The notes under the pieces: generated by a model
What the model was told of the DNA's origin: nothing
The model's database searches: none
Seen by the model: the letters and a program-made list of their open reading frames with translations, nothing else
Assembly: GCF_001194135.2 (NCBI RefSeq)
Contig: NC_069005.1
Coordinates: 25,728,093 to 25,766,358, forward strand
DNA length: 38,266 bases
Direction of reading: 5' to 3'
DNA from: Octopus bimaculoides
Taxonomy: Eukaryota
In this document: positions 1 to 12,229 of the stretch, in pieces
Numbering within the stretch: position 1 is the stretch's first letter
Layout of the letters: each line of letters starts with the position of its first letter
Made by a program: the position numbers and the translations under genes

Positions 1-43
1 AGTAAGAGAGAGTGACAGAGTAAGAGGGAGCAAGAGGGAGAGA

Positions 44-241
44 GTGTGTGAGTGTGTGTGTGCGAGTTTGCATATGTTTCTGTGTGTATTTGCATGTGTG
101 CGTTTCCATGTGTGCATATTTAGATGTGTGTGTGCGTTTGCATGTGTACCCATTCACGTGTGTGCGCATTTGCATGTGTGTGTGTGTTTCCATGTGTGCG
201 TTTGCATGTGTACCCATTCACATTGCATGTGTGTGTGTGTC
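44..241. repeat. Imperfect (TG)n-derived satellite
   Basis: Recurrent tgtgtgcgtttgcatgtgt units. Confidence 0.85.
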
Positions 242-869
242 AATGTCATTTCGACAGTTACTTTTCAATGCCCACATGCATCAATGGAATTTACATCCTC
301 ATCATTTAACATCACTTTTCCCATTGCTCGAGGGGGGGGCGTTTTCGAGCAAAGGGGCTCTCTTGTACCAAAGAGCTCCCTTTCGATAGACAACATGCTG
401 ATCCCATAAGTGTCACATGGTGGAAATAAATACAACTACCAAACTTTCAATTTATTATTTCATTTTTTTTTTCATTTCAACTTGTACGTCTGTACTCCTG
501 ACTGCATACAACCACATATGTAAAACAACGCCCTTTATGTTTTAACTATTATCTACTGATATTGAAATAAGTAGTATATTGAAAAAAAAAACATATTTCC
601 TAGGGGGTGGCCATTTGTGATTCCAATTATCAAAAGGGGGCCTTTGGCCAAATTGGATTGAGAACCTATGTTTTAACCCATTACCTCCCATAATTCTATT
701 AACTGGAATTTTTTTTATGAAACTTTGATTTCTAGCATAAAACAACCTTAGAAACACACTGGAATGATCAAAATAACATTTCAAAATAACATTTTAAATA
801 GAAATAAGCGAGATATTGGGTGAAAAATTAGCAAACCTCATTTGAATATCAGAGAAATATACCAAGTAG

Positions 870-1323
870 NNNNNNNNNNNNNNNNNNNNNNNNNNNNNNN
901 NNNNNNNNNNNNNNNNNNNNNNNNNNNNNNNNNNNNNNNNNNNNNNNNNNNNNNNNNNNNNNNNNNNNNNNNNNNNNNNNNNNNNNNNNNNNNNNNNNNN
1001 NNNNNNNNNNNNNNNNNNNNNNNNNNNNNNNNNNNNNNNNNNNNNNNNNNNNNNNNNNNNNNNNNNNNNNNNNNNNNNNNNNNNNNNNNNNNNNNNNNNN
1101 NNNNNNNNNNNNNNNNNNNNNNNNNNNNNNNNNNNNNNNNNNNNNNNNNNNNNNNNNNNNNNNNNNNNNNNNNNNNNNNNNNNNNNNNNNNNNNNNNNNN
1201 NNNNNNNNNNNNNNNNNNNNNNNNNNNNNNNNNNNNNNNNNNNNNNNNNNNNNNNNNNNNNNNNNNNNNNNNNNNNNNNNNNNNNNNNNNNNNNNNNNNN
1301 NNNNNNNNNNNNNNNNNNNNNNN
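870..1323. other. Assembly gap (one of about 13 N runs; many abut microsatellites)
   Basis: N run; the X-filled ORFs in the track are artefacts; gaps could hide CEP192 exons. Confidence 1.
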
Positions 1324-1688
1324 TAGGAATAAGAGGTCGATAGAATAAGTACTAGGCTTCCAAAGAATAAGTCCTGGGGTCGACTTGCTCGACTAAAGGC
1401 GGTGCTCCAGCATGGCCACAGTCAAATGACTGAAACAATTAAAAGAGTAAAAGAGTAAAGATAATTACGAAATTTGTAATTTTTAAGTGATCTCATATGA
1501 GATCACTGGTAGGTAATGGGTTAAACGATTACTCAGAAGTCATTTCGATGTATATATATCTAGTTTTGAAAGTTAAGCTCTACATATAACCTTTGTACAA
1601 AGATCTAGTTTCAGTTACAAATTAAGAGAAATTCCACCAGAGAGTCAAATGATCACAATTAGAAACAGTAATAAAATAAGAAACTCAC

Positions 1689-1872
1689 CCTTGAGGGCAG
1701 AGTTTTTGGCAAGGTCGCAAAATACTTGAAGGCTCAACATGTTAAGCATACAGCCAGCCTGAGAGCCAGGAAGGACCAGATTACAAATAGTTTTGTTGCT
1801 CACTGCATAGCTGCATTCTTCTCTCACGTTCTCCACTATGGAGTAATGATCCCAACGAAACACACCTTGAGA
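1689..1872 (-). CDS. CEP192: CEP192 coding exon (SQGVFRWDHY...KNSALK), last exon visible in the window
   Basis: ttcag acceptor, AAG G|gtgagt donor; 184 bp, phase 0 to 1, in frame with the previous exon; position matches the second ASH/PapD-like domain. Confidence 0.8.
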
Positions 1873-2603
1873 CTGAAAAATAATAACAATAATAATAATA
1901 ATAATAATAATCCTTTCTATTATAGGTACATGGCATTTTATTATTATTATTATAATAATACTTTCTACTATAGGCTCAAGGCCTTTTATTACAATAATAA
2001 AAATCCTTTCTGCTAAAGGCACAAGGCCTGAAATTTTGGGGGAGGGGACTAGTCGNNNNNNNNNNCAACACCAATGTCCTCTCAGCAATTAGCCAGAGAT
2101 GATTTTTAAAATGAGAATATCTGAAAGAAACTTGACTACTCTCACAAACGAGAAAACTAAAAATGAACCCGACTGGTCTGAAAAATTAAGTAAAAAAAAA
2201 CAGGAAAAATGATCCAGAATCTTTGTCCGGTACCAGATCGATCCCAAAATCTAATCAGTTCATGCCAGTCACAGGGCCAAACATCCCTGAAAGTTTCATC
2301 CGAATCCTTCCAGCGGTTCTTGAGATATCTTGTCCACGGCAAAGTCAACTTCGGCAGAATTTGAACTCAGAACGAAATGCCACTAAGCATTTTGCCCAGA
2401 GTGCTACCAATTCTGCCAGCTTGCTGCCTTTAATAGTGACAATGATAACAATGGTTTCACATTTGGACACAAGGCCAGCAATTTTGTAAGTCAATTACAT
2501 CAAAGTTTGCTTTGCAGTGTTACCATTTATTCCCAGTCTTCAACTTAGGCAACACCACATATTTCAGTCAGTAAATATCTAAAATAGAGAGAAAGTAACT
2601 TAC

Positions 2604-2717
2604 CGATATAACCAATCTAAGAGGTAGTTTGGCATTGCTCTTATTGGCCAGCCTCACTGGTAAACTCTTACTTGTGCCCCAACTCTGCTTACCAAAATCC
2701 AATGACTTTGGTTCAAT
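2604..2717 (-). CDS. CEP192: CEP192 coding exon (IEPKSLDFGKQSWGTSKSLPVRLANKSNAKLPLRLVIS)
   Basis: ttcag/gtaagt sites, 114 bp, phase 0-0; resembles human CEP192 'LDFGDLTYGGWKALPLKLINRTHATVPIRLII' (recalled from memory). Confidence 0.9.
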
Positions 2718-2964
2718 CTGAAAAATGATTTTGATAATAATAATAATAATTTCTAATATAGGCACAAGGCCTGAAATTTTGGGTAGGGGGATAATCAATT
2801 ACGTTGATCCCAGTGCTTAACTGGTACTTAATTTATCGACCCCGAAAGGATGAAAAGCAAAGTCAACCTCAACAGAATTTGAACTCAGAACGTAAGGACA
2901 GATGAGATGCCACAAAGCATTTTGCCAGTCATGCTAACAATTCTGCCAGCTCACCACCATCATC

Positions 2965-3006
<42 letters not shown>

Positions 3007-3248
3007 NNNNNNNNNNNNNNNNNNNNNNNNNNNNNNNNNNNNNNNNNNNNNNNNNNNNNNNNNNNNNNNNNNNNNNNNNNNNNNNNNNNNNNNNNNNNNN
3101 NNNNNNNNNNNNNNNNNNNNNNNNNNNNNNNNNNNNNNNNNNNNNNNNNNNNNNNNNNNNNNNNNNNNNNNNNNNNNNNNNNNNNNNNNNNNNNNNNNNN
3201 NNNNNNNNNNNNNNNNNNNNNNNNNNNNNNNNNNNNNNNNNNNNNNNN

Positions 3249-3313
<65 letters not shown>

Positions 3314-3607
3314 AATAATAGTAGTAGTAGTAGCTTCTAATTTAGGTTCAAGGACTGAAATTTGCATGAGGAGGGAATAGTTAATTAAATCCACTGCAGT
3401 CAGTACTTGACTGAGTTCAGATTTGTTTGTACAACCTTTTCACACACGTGCATCAGGCATATGAGACCGGTGCCAGTGACATGTAAAAGGCATCCAGTAA
3501 GTACCCATTCTGGAGAATGGCTGGCATTCAGAAGGATATCCAACTCTCCAGCTTACCAGCTCCAGTTAAACTGTCTAACCGATGCCAGCGTGGAAAATGG
3601 ATGTTAA

Positions 3608-3792
3608 ATGATGATGACGACAATGACGATGATGATGATGATGATGATAATAATGATGACAATGATGATGACGATGACAATGATGACGATAATAATGACG
3701 ACAGTGATGACAACAATGATGATGATGACAACAACGACAATGATAACGATGACGACAACAATGACGACGACGATGAGAATCATGATGATGAC
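3608..3792. repeat. Compound (GAT/GAC/AAT)n trinucleotide repeat, expanded from a retroelement tail
   Basis: Direct inspection; follows ggatgttaaat of an RTE-like tail. Confidence 0.9.
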
Positions 3793-3966
3793 ACAGAAGA
3801 TACATGGATTGTAACCACCATGAAAAACTGGACATGATGGAAGAAGATACATACAGACGCACAAGTAAAATATTTTGTGATTGAAGAAAAAGGAAGAAGA
3901 CTGTTAAACGAAGCCTTTTTACATCACAAGACTTGGTTGAGAAGTCAATAGCAAAAACCAACTTAC

Positions 3967-4122
3967 ATGCAATCTCGGAGAGTCAGCAACAGCCACCAGC
4001 TTCACAAAGTGCGCTGAGGGCGCTGCTGTCTCATTCTTATGTTTACTCGATGCGGTTTGTGTGAAGGATTCCACTTTGACTTTAGCGACGTAGGAGCCAG
4101 GTTCTTGTGGGAAAAATATTAC
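3967..4122 (-). CDS. CEP192: CEP192 coding exon (VIFFPQEPGSY...KLVAVADSPRLH)
   Basis: ttcag/gtaagt sites, 156 bp, phase 0-0; resembles human 'VLFIPSSPGVF...VTLTAIAESP' (recalled). Confidence 0.9.
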
Positions 4123-4738
4123 CTGAAATTGGAAAATATCAAGGAAGAACAGAGTAATTTTAATATAGGTTCCATATTTGGGCACAAAGACAGCAAGTTC
4201 AAGGGAGGGGTTAAGTTGATTACACTAATTCCAGTGCTTAACTGATGCTTGTTTTATTGACCCTGAAAGGACAAAAGTCGACCTCAGTGGAATTTGAACT
4301 TAGAACTAAACATTTCTGCCCGGTATGCTAATAATTCCGCCAGCTCGTCACCTTCATATAATTTGATAATTATTAAGGCAGCGAGCTGGCAGAATCGGTA
4401 GCATGCTGGGCAAAATGTTTAGCGGTATTTAAGTCCTGAGTTCAAACACCACTGAGGTCGACTTTGCCTTTCATCCTTTCGGGGTCAATAAATTAAGTAC
4501 CAGCTGTGTACTGGGGTTGATCTGATCCTTTTTACTGTAGGCACAAGGCCTCAAATTTTGGGGAGGGGACCAGACGATTAGATCGACCCCAGTGTTTCAC
4601 TGGTACTAAATTTATCAACCCCCAAAAGGATGAAAGGTAAAGTCGACCTCGGTGGAATTTGAACTCAGAATGTAGCGAAGGGCAAAATACAACTAAGCAT
4701 TTCGTTCAGCGCACTAACGATTCTACCAGCTCGCCACC

Positions 4739-4966
4739 TTAACCATTTAGTGTTTAAACCGGCCATATCCGGCCCATATATTCTACATGTTTTATATTCA
4801 AACTGGTGATATCTAGCCTCTCACACCTAACCTACATTGTCATTCTAAAAATAAACAATCACATCATTGAAACCTCAAAGCTATCAGATAATGCATGATT
4901 AATTCAAAACAATTTGAGTGAAAAAATATTACATTTAACTGAGTAATCAGAACACTAAAGGGTTAA
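4739..4966. mobile_element. piggyBac-type MITE, second family
   Basis: TTAA-cc(a/c)tttag ... ctaaaggg-TTAA; homologous to 7448-7679 and 16153-16377, partial copy ~10900-11075. Confidence 0.75.
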
Positions 4967-4997
4967 TAATAATGATGATGATGATGATATCGCTTAC

Positions 4998-6895
4998 CTC
5001 ATATTCGTTGACTTCCGTCGGACCTAGTGCAATTTTAGATTTCAAAAGAAATGGGCAGTAATCAGTCGTGCTCATCTCTAGTCCGTTCACTAAGATATGA
5101 ACCAATTCAATGTTACACTCCACCCAGTAGTTACTCAGGTTTCTTATAGTTATTGAACTCTTCTCAGCAATACCGATACAGCAGTCTGAGAATTTGGCCA
5201 GTGAGGACACGTCCAAGACGGATTTGCATGCTGCTAGATTGGGATCTGCTAAAACAGAACTGCAGTTTCCGTTGTGGCCAAGCTGATCTTTAGAAAGTGG
5301 CTCGCTAGCAGCCAGGATGGACATGAATGGATTCAACTGAGTTTGTTCGAGGGGTTCCTCAATGATTGTCTTCCAAAGCTTCGATTCGTCATTGCCTTCA
5401 CCAATGAAGTTCTGCTTTGTTTTGTTAGCATGCTGCACTGAACCGCCCTCATTCGGTGGCCCTTTCAGCTCCCTACTTGGGTGCATAGTATTATCACTGA
5501 ATTTCTTATTTTCACAATAGGGTCCGACATCAGCCATCGATATTTTGGTGGCTTCTGGTTTCGTTTTAGTGGAAGAGGCAAGGTTTGTTTCAGACTTGAG
5601 TGGTTCACCATTGAAGCTTAAATGACGCTGCAAGTTATCTTCACCGGTACCAGTTCCGGATCTCATCGACAGTCTAGATTGAGGAACGTAAGCATTCTTG
5701 TTAGTAGCCAAAGCTTTCCCTCTCAGGGAGTCAAGGGAGTTTACACGATGTGGTCGAACAAACTCATCTTGGTGTTGTATGTCACTGCTGACCTGTGGGC
5801 GATTAGAGCCAGGTAACGGAGAAGACACATATTTGTGGGTTTTTGATGATACAGTAGGTGCAGAATATACTGTTCTCTGAAGTTTACTGGCAGCATTGGT
5901 AGTAGAAATAGAAGTAGCTGACACAGCCGGTCTTTCTCGAGAAGGTATACCACCCAGCATGTCAAGATTAAATACTCCTGTGGAGGGAACAGTTTGTATG
6001 GAGTGAGTAGAATCTGCACCGGGAGAAGATCTACTCTGTATGAAGCTAGGAGCAGGTACTTGGGAAGGCACAGTTTGCATGGAGTGAGTAATAGATGTAC
6101 CTGGAGAAAATACACCTCTGGAGATATTTACAGGTGTCTCGGAAGAGAGTTTGGTTCTCAGATCATGAGTAGCTGTGGATGCTGCTAGTGTCGAAGAATG
6201 AGTTGAACTTGACATTGATGAAGCAGTATGTAATATAGAAGTTGGCGCCGACACAGAAGGAACTTTTAGAGTGTCTATAGAACTTGGTGCCAATGACAAC
6301 GGAATTTTCTGAGTGTCCATAGAACTTGGTGCTGACGAAAATAGAACTTTCCGAGTGTATGTAGAAGTTGGTGCTGACAAAGAGGTAACTTTCCGAGCAT
6401 CTCTAAGACTTGGTGTCAACGACAACAGAGATTTCTGTGTGCGTCCGGAAATTGGTGCCGATGATAATGGACCATTCCGAGTATGTGAAGAACTCGACTC
6501 CAGTAACAATGGGTCCCTCAATGTATCTGCACTTGATAAAGACACAGAAAGTTCTGTAAACGGAGCCTCATCATTGAAACTATGCAAAGCTATTTGGGAG
6601 GGGTTCAAACCCTGTGTGGCATCACTGTGAAGCTGTTGTGTGGGGGTGGGTAACTCCAGACCACCAGTGACTCTTGAAGAAGTGTCACTTTGTGATGTCG
6701 CTGCTTTGCAGTATTTGGCATCAATCTGATGAGACGGTTCCTTTTTCTGAACACTTTCTCTTGACCGGCACCTGTGGTTAACTTCGGATTCAAATCTAGA
6801 CGCTATTTCTTTGCAGGGCAAGGACAAGCTCACTCCATTGAGCATATCCGAGATTAAACTGTTGCTAACCAAAGACTGTGAAACCAAGGTGAGAT
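4998..6895 (-). CDS. CEP192: CEP192 large exon (1898 bp): S/T/P-rich low-complexity region followed by the start of the first ASH/PapD-like domain
   Basis: Lies in the 664-aa ORF; ttcag acceptor (phase 1), GAG|gtaagc donor (phase 0); 'CCIGIAEKSSITIRNLSNYWVECNIELVHILVNG' resembles human 'CCVGIASQTLLSVLNPTDRWLQVSIGVLSISVNG' (recalled). Confidence 0.92.
6241..6492 (-). repeat. Coding 42-bp (14-aa) tandem repeat x6 inside the large CEP192 exon
   Basis: Units start at 6241, 6283, 6325, 6367, 6409 and 6451; peptide ...SAP(T/S)S..T.K.. Confidence 0.85.
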
Positions 6896-7006
6896 CTGAA
6901 AAACCAAAGAGAAGAAAAAAATTATACAAACTTATGAACACACAAACACACTCAGTCTAAACATTCTATCAATGAAGATTTGCTTCTTTGTCAGAAACAA
7001 AGCTCC

Positions 7007-7235
7007 TTAACCCTTTCGTTACCAACCCGGCTAAAACCAGCTCTGGCTCTGTAGTACAAATGTCTTGTTTCCATAAATTTTGAATTAAAATCTTCTACCA
7101 AACCTTAGTCACAATTTATGTTCCTAACACTAGCTTAATGATAACGAAGTTATTATACAAAATTCTTTGTTATATTTAAAGTAATTGAAAGAAGCACAGA
7201 GCATCTCAAAATAAATATAGTAACGAAAGGGTTAA
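7007..7235. mobile_element. piggyBac-type MITE
   Basis: TTAA flanks, inverted ends ccctttcgttac / gtaacgaaaggg. Confidence 0.85.
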
Positions 7236-7447
7236 AAAGAAAAAAGCTCAAATAATGATATTTATAGGAAGGAGACAAAAGATGGTATTTTATCATTCAA
7301 ACAGGACTGGCTGGTTTTTATAATCTCCCTATCCAACCCACCACTGAATACAGCTAGAACAGAGCTTATGTAGAACTAAACAACAATAGCCACCATGGGG
7401 TAAAGCTGGAAAGCTGTTACAGACTGAACCAACAAAGTATGTGAAAC

Positions 7448-7679
7448 TTAACCCTTTAGTAATTTAAACCAAACTGATCCTGCCCAAATATCTGACATGT
7501 TTTTTTATGTCCAAAGTGGCCAGCTTTCGCCTCTCACACTTCACCTACAATGCCATTCCGAAAATAAACAATCACATTGTTTAAATCTGAAAGCTACAAG
7601 ATAATACAGGATTAATTCAAAGCAATGTAAATAAACAAGAATTGCATTTGACAGAATAATCCGAACGCTAAAGGGTTTA
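7448..7679. mobile_element. piggyBac-type MITE, second family
   Basis: TTAA-ccctttag ... ctaaaggg-TTTA. Confidence 0.7.
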
Positions 7680-7760
7680 TCAAGGTTGTATAGTAAGTTT
7701 TGAAGCCATGATTGCATTAAGAATTTCTCCTTGCAATAAGAATTTTATCCACAAACTCAC

Positions 7761-8034
7761 TGTTGTCTTGACAACCATCACTCTGCAATGTGTCGCTATT
7801 ATTATTATTATTACCCTCCTGTTTCTCATCCGGTATTTGCAACTGTTCACAAAACGATTCTGCTGTAGGATTCTGCTTAGGATTTGCTGCCTCCAGATTC
7901 TTATTCTTCTTTGCCGACATGTGCACAGGGTGTTGGACATCTTGCAGCTGCACAGATGCGGTTCTGGTTCCCACATCTGCCAAATTCTCCAAGACAGTTG
8001 AAGCAGCGATTGACAAGGATTGGTTGTACAGAAA
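7761..8034 (-). CDS. CEP192: CEP192 coding exon (FLYNQSLSIAASTVLENL...DGCQDN)
   Basis: Strong pyrimidine tract + tacag acceptor, A|gtgagt donor; 274 bp, phase 0 to 1, fits both neighbours. Confidence 0.85.
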
Positions 8035-8342
8035 CTGTAAGAGAGAAACACAGGGAGCCGTCAAATATATAACTGGTTTCTAATTTTGACACAAGGCCAG
8101 CAATTTCAGGGGAGCGGGTAAGACAATTACATTGATCCCAGGGCTCAAAAGGTACTTATTTTATTGACACTGAAAGGATGAAGGACAAAGTCGAGCTCCA
8201 TGGGATTTGAACTCAAAACATAAAGACGGACAAGATGCCACTAAGCATTTTACCCGACATGCTAACAGTTAAATAAGCCAGCTAGTCAAACATTAAATCA
8301 ATATATTTCTTTCGAAAATTAAATAAGTTGAATAAATTGAAT

Positions 8343-8760
8343 AGGCATAGGAGTGGCTGTGTGGTAAGTAGCTTGCTTACCAACCACATGGTTCCGGGTT
8401 CAGTCCCACTGCGTGGCACCTTGGGCAAGTGTCTTCTCCTATAGCCTCGGGCCGACCAAAGCCTTGTGAGTGGATTTGGTAGACGGAAACTGAAAGAAGC
8501 CTGTCGTATATATGTATATATATATATATATGTATGTGCATGTGTTTGTCCCCCCACCTCCCATAACATCGCTTGACAACCGATGCTGGTGTGTTTACGT
8601 CTCCGTAATTTAGCGTTTCGGCAAAAGAGACCGATAGAATAAGTACTAGGCTTACAAAGAATAAGTCCTGGGGTTGATTTGCTCGACTAAAAGCAGTGCT
8701 CCAGCATGGCCACAGTCAAATGACTGAAACAAGTAAAAGAGTAAAAAGAGTAAAGAATAA
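8343..8760 (+). mobile_element. Abundant tRNA-derived SINE family A (ggagtggctgtgtggtaag...gactgaaacaagtaaaagagt)
   Basis: A/B-box head, internal (AT)/(GT) microsatellite, (aaaagagt)n tail; other copies or fragments at 1324-1460(+), 14436-14830(+), 17500-17910(+). Confidence 0.85.
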
Positions 8761-8778
8761 AGTTCTTGAGAAACTTAC

Positions 8779-8922
8779 AGAATTTGGCAGAGTTTCAGAG
8801 CCTATTCTCATATAGGTGCCAACGGACATCCGGTCTTTTTCTCCTTGGTTAACAAAGCTGAGATGACTACAGTAACTCCAGTCGGTCAAATCAGTAGCCA
8901 GGGGTACTTCTAAGCATTTATC
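8779..8922 (-). CDS. CEP192: CEP192 coding exon (DKCLEVPL...DRMSVGTYMRIGSETLPNS)
   Basis: ttccag/gtaagt sites, 144 bp, phase 0-0; RMSVGTYMRIGSETL resembles human 'RLSLGEFFAQRSEAL' (recalled). Confidence 0.85.
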
Positions 8923-9199
8923 CTGGAAACAAATGAAGAGGAATTTAAGGATTTTCGAGAGACACAGACAGATAGTCAGACATACAGAAAGTGGGGGAGG
9001 TGAACATGAGTTCATGTCAGTCAGGGATTCACAAAAACAATGATATTAAATAGCAAGACTCATGGAAATTCTTTGTTTTATAAATGTTCTTATTTCTATT
9101 TTGATGCATAAAGTTATAGATCTATGTAACATTGTTTCATTCTGCTAAAGATTTCAGTCACGTTTTTATATCATTAAAAGACATTGGAAAGTGTAACGC

Positions 9200-9400
9200 T
9201 CAAACGCAAGTAGTAACAAGCAGAATAAAGTGCCAATCACTTAGAGTGGAGGGAAGTTGTGGAAGAGGAAGACCCAGGAGAACATGGGACGTAGTAATGA
9301 AGGGCAATCTCAAAACGCTGGACTTTACAAAGGAGATGACAGCAGACTGCAATATGGGGTACATTGCTGCACAAGAGAAGATCCATCCACCACAACAGAG
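9200..9400 (+). mobile_element. RTE-clade LINE ORF2 C-terminal fragment
   Basis: Translation GSCGRGRPRRTWDVVMKGNLKTLDFTKEMTAD (GRGRP..W..V..D motif). Confidence 0.7.
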
Positions 9401-10272
9401 TGCGAGTGCAAGAGAGTGCGAGTGAGGGAGAGAGAGAGAGTGCGAGTGAGTGAGAGAGAGAGCGCGAGTGGGAGAGAGAGAGAGAGAGAGAGAGCGCGAG
9501 TGGGAGAGAGAGAGAGAGAGNNNNNNNNNNNNNNNNNNNNNNNNNNNNNNNNNNNNNNNNNNNNNNNNNNNNNNNNNNNNNNNNNNNNNNNNNNNNNNNN
9601 NNNNNNNNNNNNNNNNNNNNNNNNNNNNNNNNNNNNNNNNNNNNNNNNNNNNNNNNNNNNNNNNNNNNNNNNNNNNNNNNNNNNNNNNNNNNNNNNNNNN
9701 NNNNNNNNNNNNNNNNNNNNNNNNNNNNNNNNNNNNNNNNNNNNNNNNNNNNNNNNNNNNNNNNNNNNNNNNNNNNNNNNNNNNNNNNNNNNNNNNNNNN
9801 NNNNNNNNNNNNNNNNNNNNNNNNNNNNNNNNNNNNNNNNNNNNNNNNNNNNNNNNNNNNNNNNNNNNNNNNNNNNNNNNNNNNNNNNNNNNNNNNNNNN
9901 NNNNNNNNNNNNNNNNNNNNNNNNNNNNNNNNNNNNNNNNNNNNNNNNNNNNNNNNNNNNNNNNNNNNNNNNNNNNNNNNNNNNNNNNNNNNNNNNNNNN
10001 NNNNNNNNNNNNNNNNNNNNNNNNNNNNNNNNNNNNNNNNNNNNNNNNNNNNNNNNNNNNNNNNNNNNNNNNNNNNNNNNNNNNNNNNNNNNNNNNNNNN
10101 NNNNNNNNNNNNNNNNNNNNNNNNNNNNNNNNNNNNNNNNNNNNNNNNNNNNNNNNNNNNNNNNNNNNNNNNNNNNNNNNNNNNNNNNNNNNNNNNNNNN
10201 NNNNNNNNNNNNNNNNNNCTTTAAAAAGGAAAACAGTGAATTTATGCAAAATTCGTTAAAAGATTTTCTTAC

Positions 10273-10340
10273 GTAATTGGAGCAATCATTTCTTCCATTG
10301 AATTCTGCTTCGTCTGCATCTAATTTAGAAGTGCCGGAAT
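10273..10340 (-). CDS. CEP192: CEP192 short coding exon (xSGTSKLDADEAEFNGRNDCSNY)
   Basis: ttttctctag acceptor, TAC|gtaaga donor; 68 bp, phase 1 to 0, fits the downstream exon. Confidence 0.7.
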
Positions 10341-11287
10341 CTAGAGAAAAGTAATTAACAACAATGCAGCATTATCTCACAGCTTTGAGTTTTCTGTGGG
10401 GATGAGGTGAACCGGATGAAAAGGGTCAGTGATATCAATGGCTGAAGGACCCTACTGGAAGAGCAGAAGCGAGGGAGGTCACAATTGCCCCAAAGCAAAA
10501 AAGGCTCATGCTGGTCCTACTTCTACCCACACGACCTCCCTCACTCCTCCTCTTCCAGTAGGGGTCCTCAGTCATTAACGTCACTGACCCTTTTCTCTCA
10601 GCTATCAGAAGAGGAAGGGTGAGGGAGGTGATCTTTGGGATCAAGGAGGTACATGGAGATGAGGTGAACCAGGAGAAAAGGGTTAGTGATGTGTGATGGC
10701 TGAGGGACCCTAACCAGAAGGGGATGAATGAGGGAAGTCACGTGGATGGAAGTAAGACCAGAGTGGGCTTCTTTGCTTCGGGGTGGCCATGGCAGGCAGA
10801 CACATATGGATGTACAAGCTAGGGAGGGAATTTGCCATTAGGTTCTGGCAATAGGTTAAGCAGGAAGGGCACTTTTGGGATGTGACCCAGTTGAATAGTC
10901 AACACTGCAAGGAAACCACACTTTGCTCCACATACCAGATTTCTCAATGATGTAATTGTATATTTTTAGAATGACATAGTGTAATAGGTGTGAATGCCGA
11001 ACCTGGTCAGTTTGAGCATAAATCAGGTAGAATATTTGGACCCCATATAGCCAGTTTAAATACTAAAAGGTTAAAATAAACAGTGGCACCGATTCTATCA
11101 ATTGTCCCTTTCCCCTAAATTTCTGGTCCTGTGAAATCAATGAACAGGCCCATTCCAAAGTGAAAGCCATAAATACCAGCTATAGACTGGGAACTGTTTG
11201 ATTGATTACAATCACGTGACTATGTAAAACATGATATAATATACACCCTCATATATACATACATACACAGCGACAGGCATTTTATAC

Positions 11288-11330
11288 CAACTGAATATGA
11301 AGAATATGTTGCAAGTGAGATATCAAACAT
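11288..11330 (-). CDS. CEP192: Possible 43-bp CEP192 exon (MFDISLATYSSYSV)
   Basis: Phase 0 to 1 would bridge exon 13716 (ends phase 0) and exon 10340 (starts phase 1); splice sites are weak (aactaag / G|gtataa). Confidence 0.3.
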
Positions 11331-11361
11331 CTTAGTTGCACAAGATTATCCCATAGACATA

Positions 11362-11518
11362 CACTCTCGGAGTGGTTGGCATTAGGAAGGGTATCCAGCT
11401 GTAGAAACTCTGCCAAATCAGACTGGAGCCTGGTGTAGCCACCTGGTCCACTAGTCCTCAGCCAAATCGTCCAACCCATGCTAGCATGGAAAGCGGACGT
11501 TAAACGATGATGATGATA
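11362..11518 (+). mobile_element. RTE-type retroelement 3' end / tail-sharing SINE ending in (gat)n
   Basis: gagtggttggcattaggaagggtatccagctgtagaaac...ggacgttaaacgatgatgat; related copies at 3460-3650(+), 15680-15870(-), 16680-16840(+), 19275-19480(-), 19510-19790(-). Confidence 0.7.
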
Positions 11519-12229
11519 CACATGCAGACAAAAGCACTTAGAGAGCGAAACAAAAATAAAANNNNNNNNNNNNNNNNNNNNNNNNNNNNNNNNNNNNNNN
11601 NNNNNNNNNNNNNNNNNNNNNNNNNNNNNNNNNNNNNNNNNNNNNNNNNNNNNNNNNNNNNNNNNNNNNNNNNNNNNNNNNNNNNNNNNNNNNNNNNNNN
11701 NNNNNNNNNNNNNNNNNNNNNNNNNNNNNNNNNNNNNNNNNNNNNNNNNNNNNNNNNNNNNNNNNNNNNNNNNNNNNNNNNNNNNNNNNNNNNNNNNNNN
11801 NNNNNNNNNNNNNNNNNNNNNNNNNNNNNNNNNNNNNNNNNNNNNNNNNNNNNNNNNNNNNNNNNNNNNNNNNNNNNNNNNNNNNNNNNNNNNNNNNNNN
11901 NNNNNNNNNNNNNNNNNNNNNNNNNNNNNNNNNNNNNNNNNNNNNNNNNNNNNNNAGCGATTCATGGAAAAAACAACAAAATAATGGGTTCATTAGGTTA
12001 AGTTTTGAATTTGTTTGAGAAAGAGGTCTATGTTTGTGGTGGTTAGTTGGGGTGAGGGCACTAGGGATGTGGCATGAGTTGGGGGTGGGCAACAGCCCAA
12101 AAAGTCCGGGATGAATTACATAGACAGGAGTTTTGTGCGTTTTTGTGTGTGTGTGTGTGAATATACTTATTCAGTGAGTTCACTTTGTAAGAGTTGAATA
12201 TATGTGCATGTTTAGAGGACCATTATCCA

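Noticed and set aside
280-800. Two adjacent hairpins (tgctcga...tcgagca; aaggggctct...agagctccctt) and an ORF with HKWPPP
   Set aside because: Short stems, no assignable RNA family or transposase motif; not a phase-compatible CEP192 exon.
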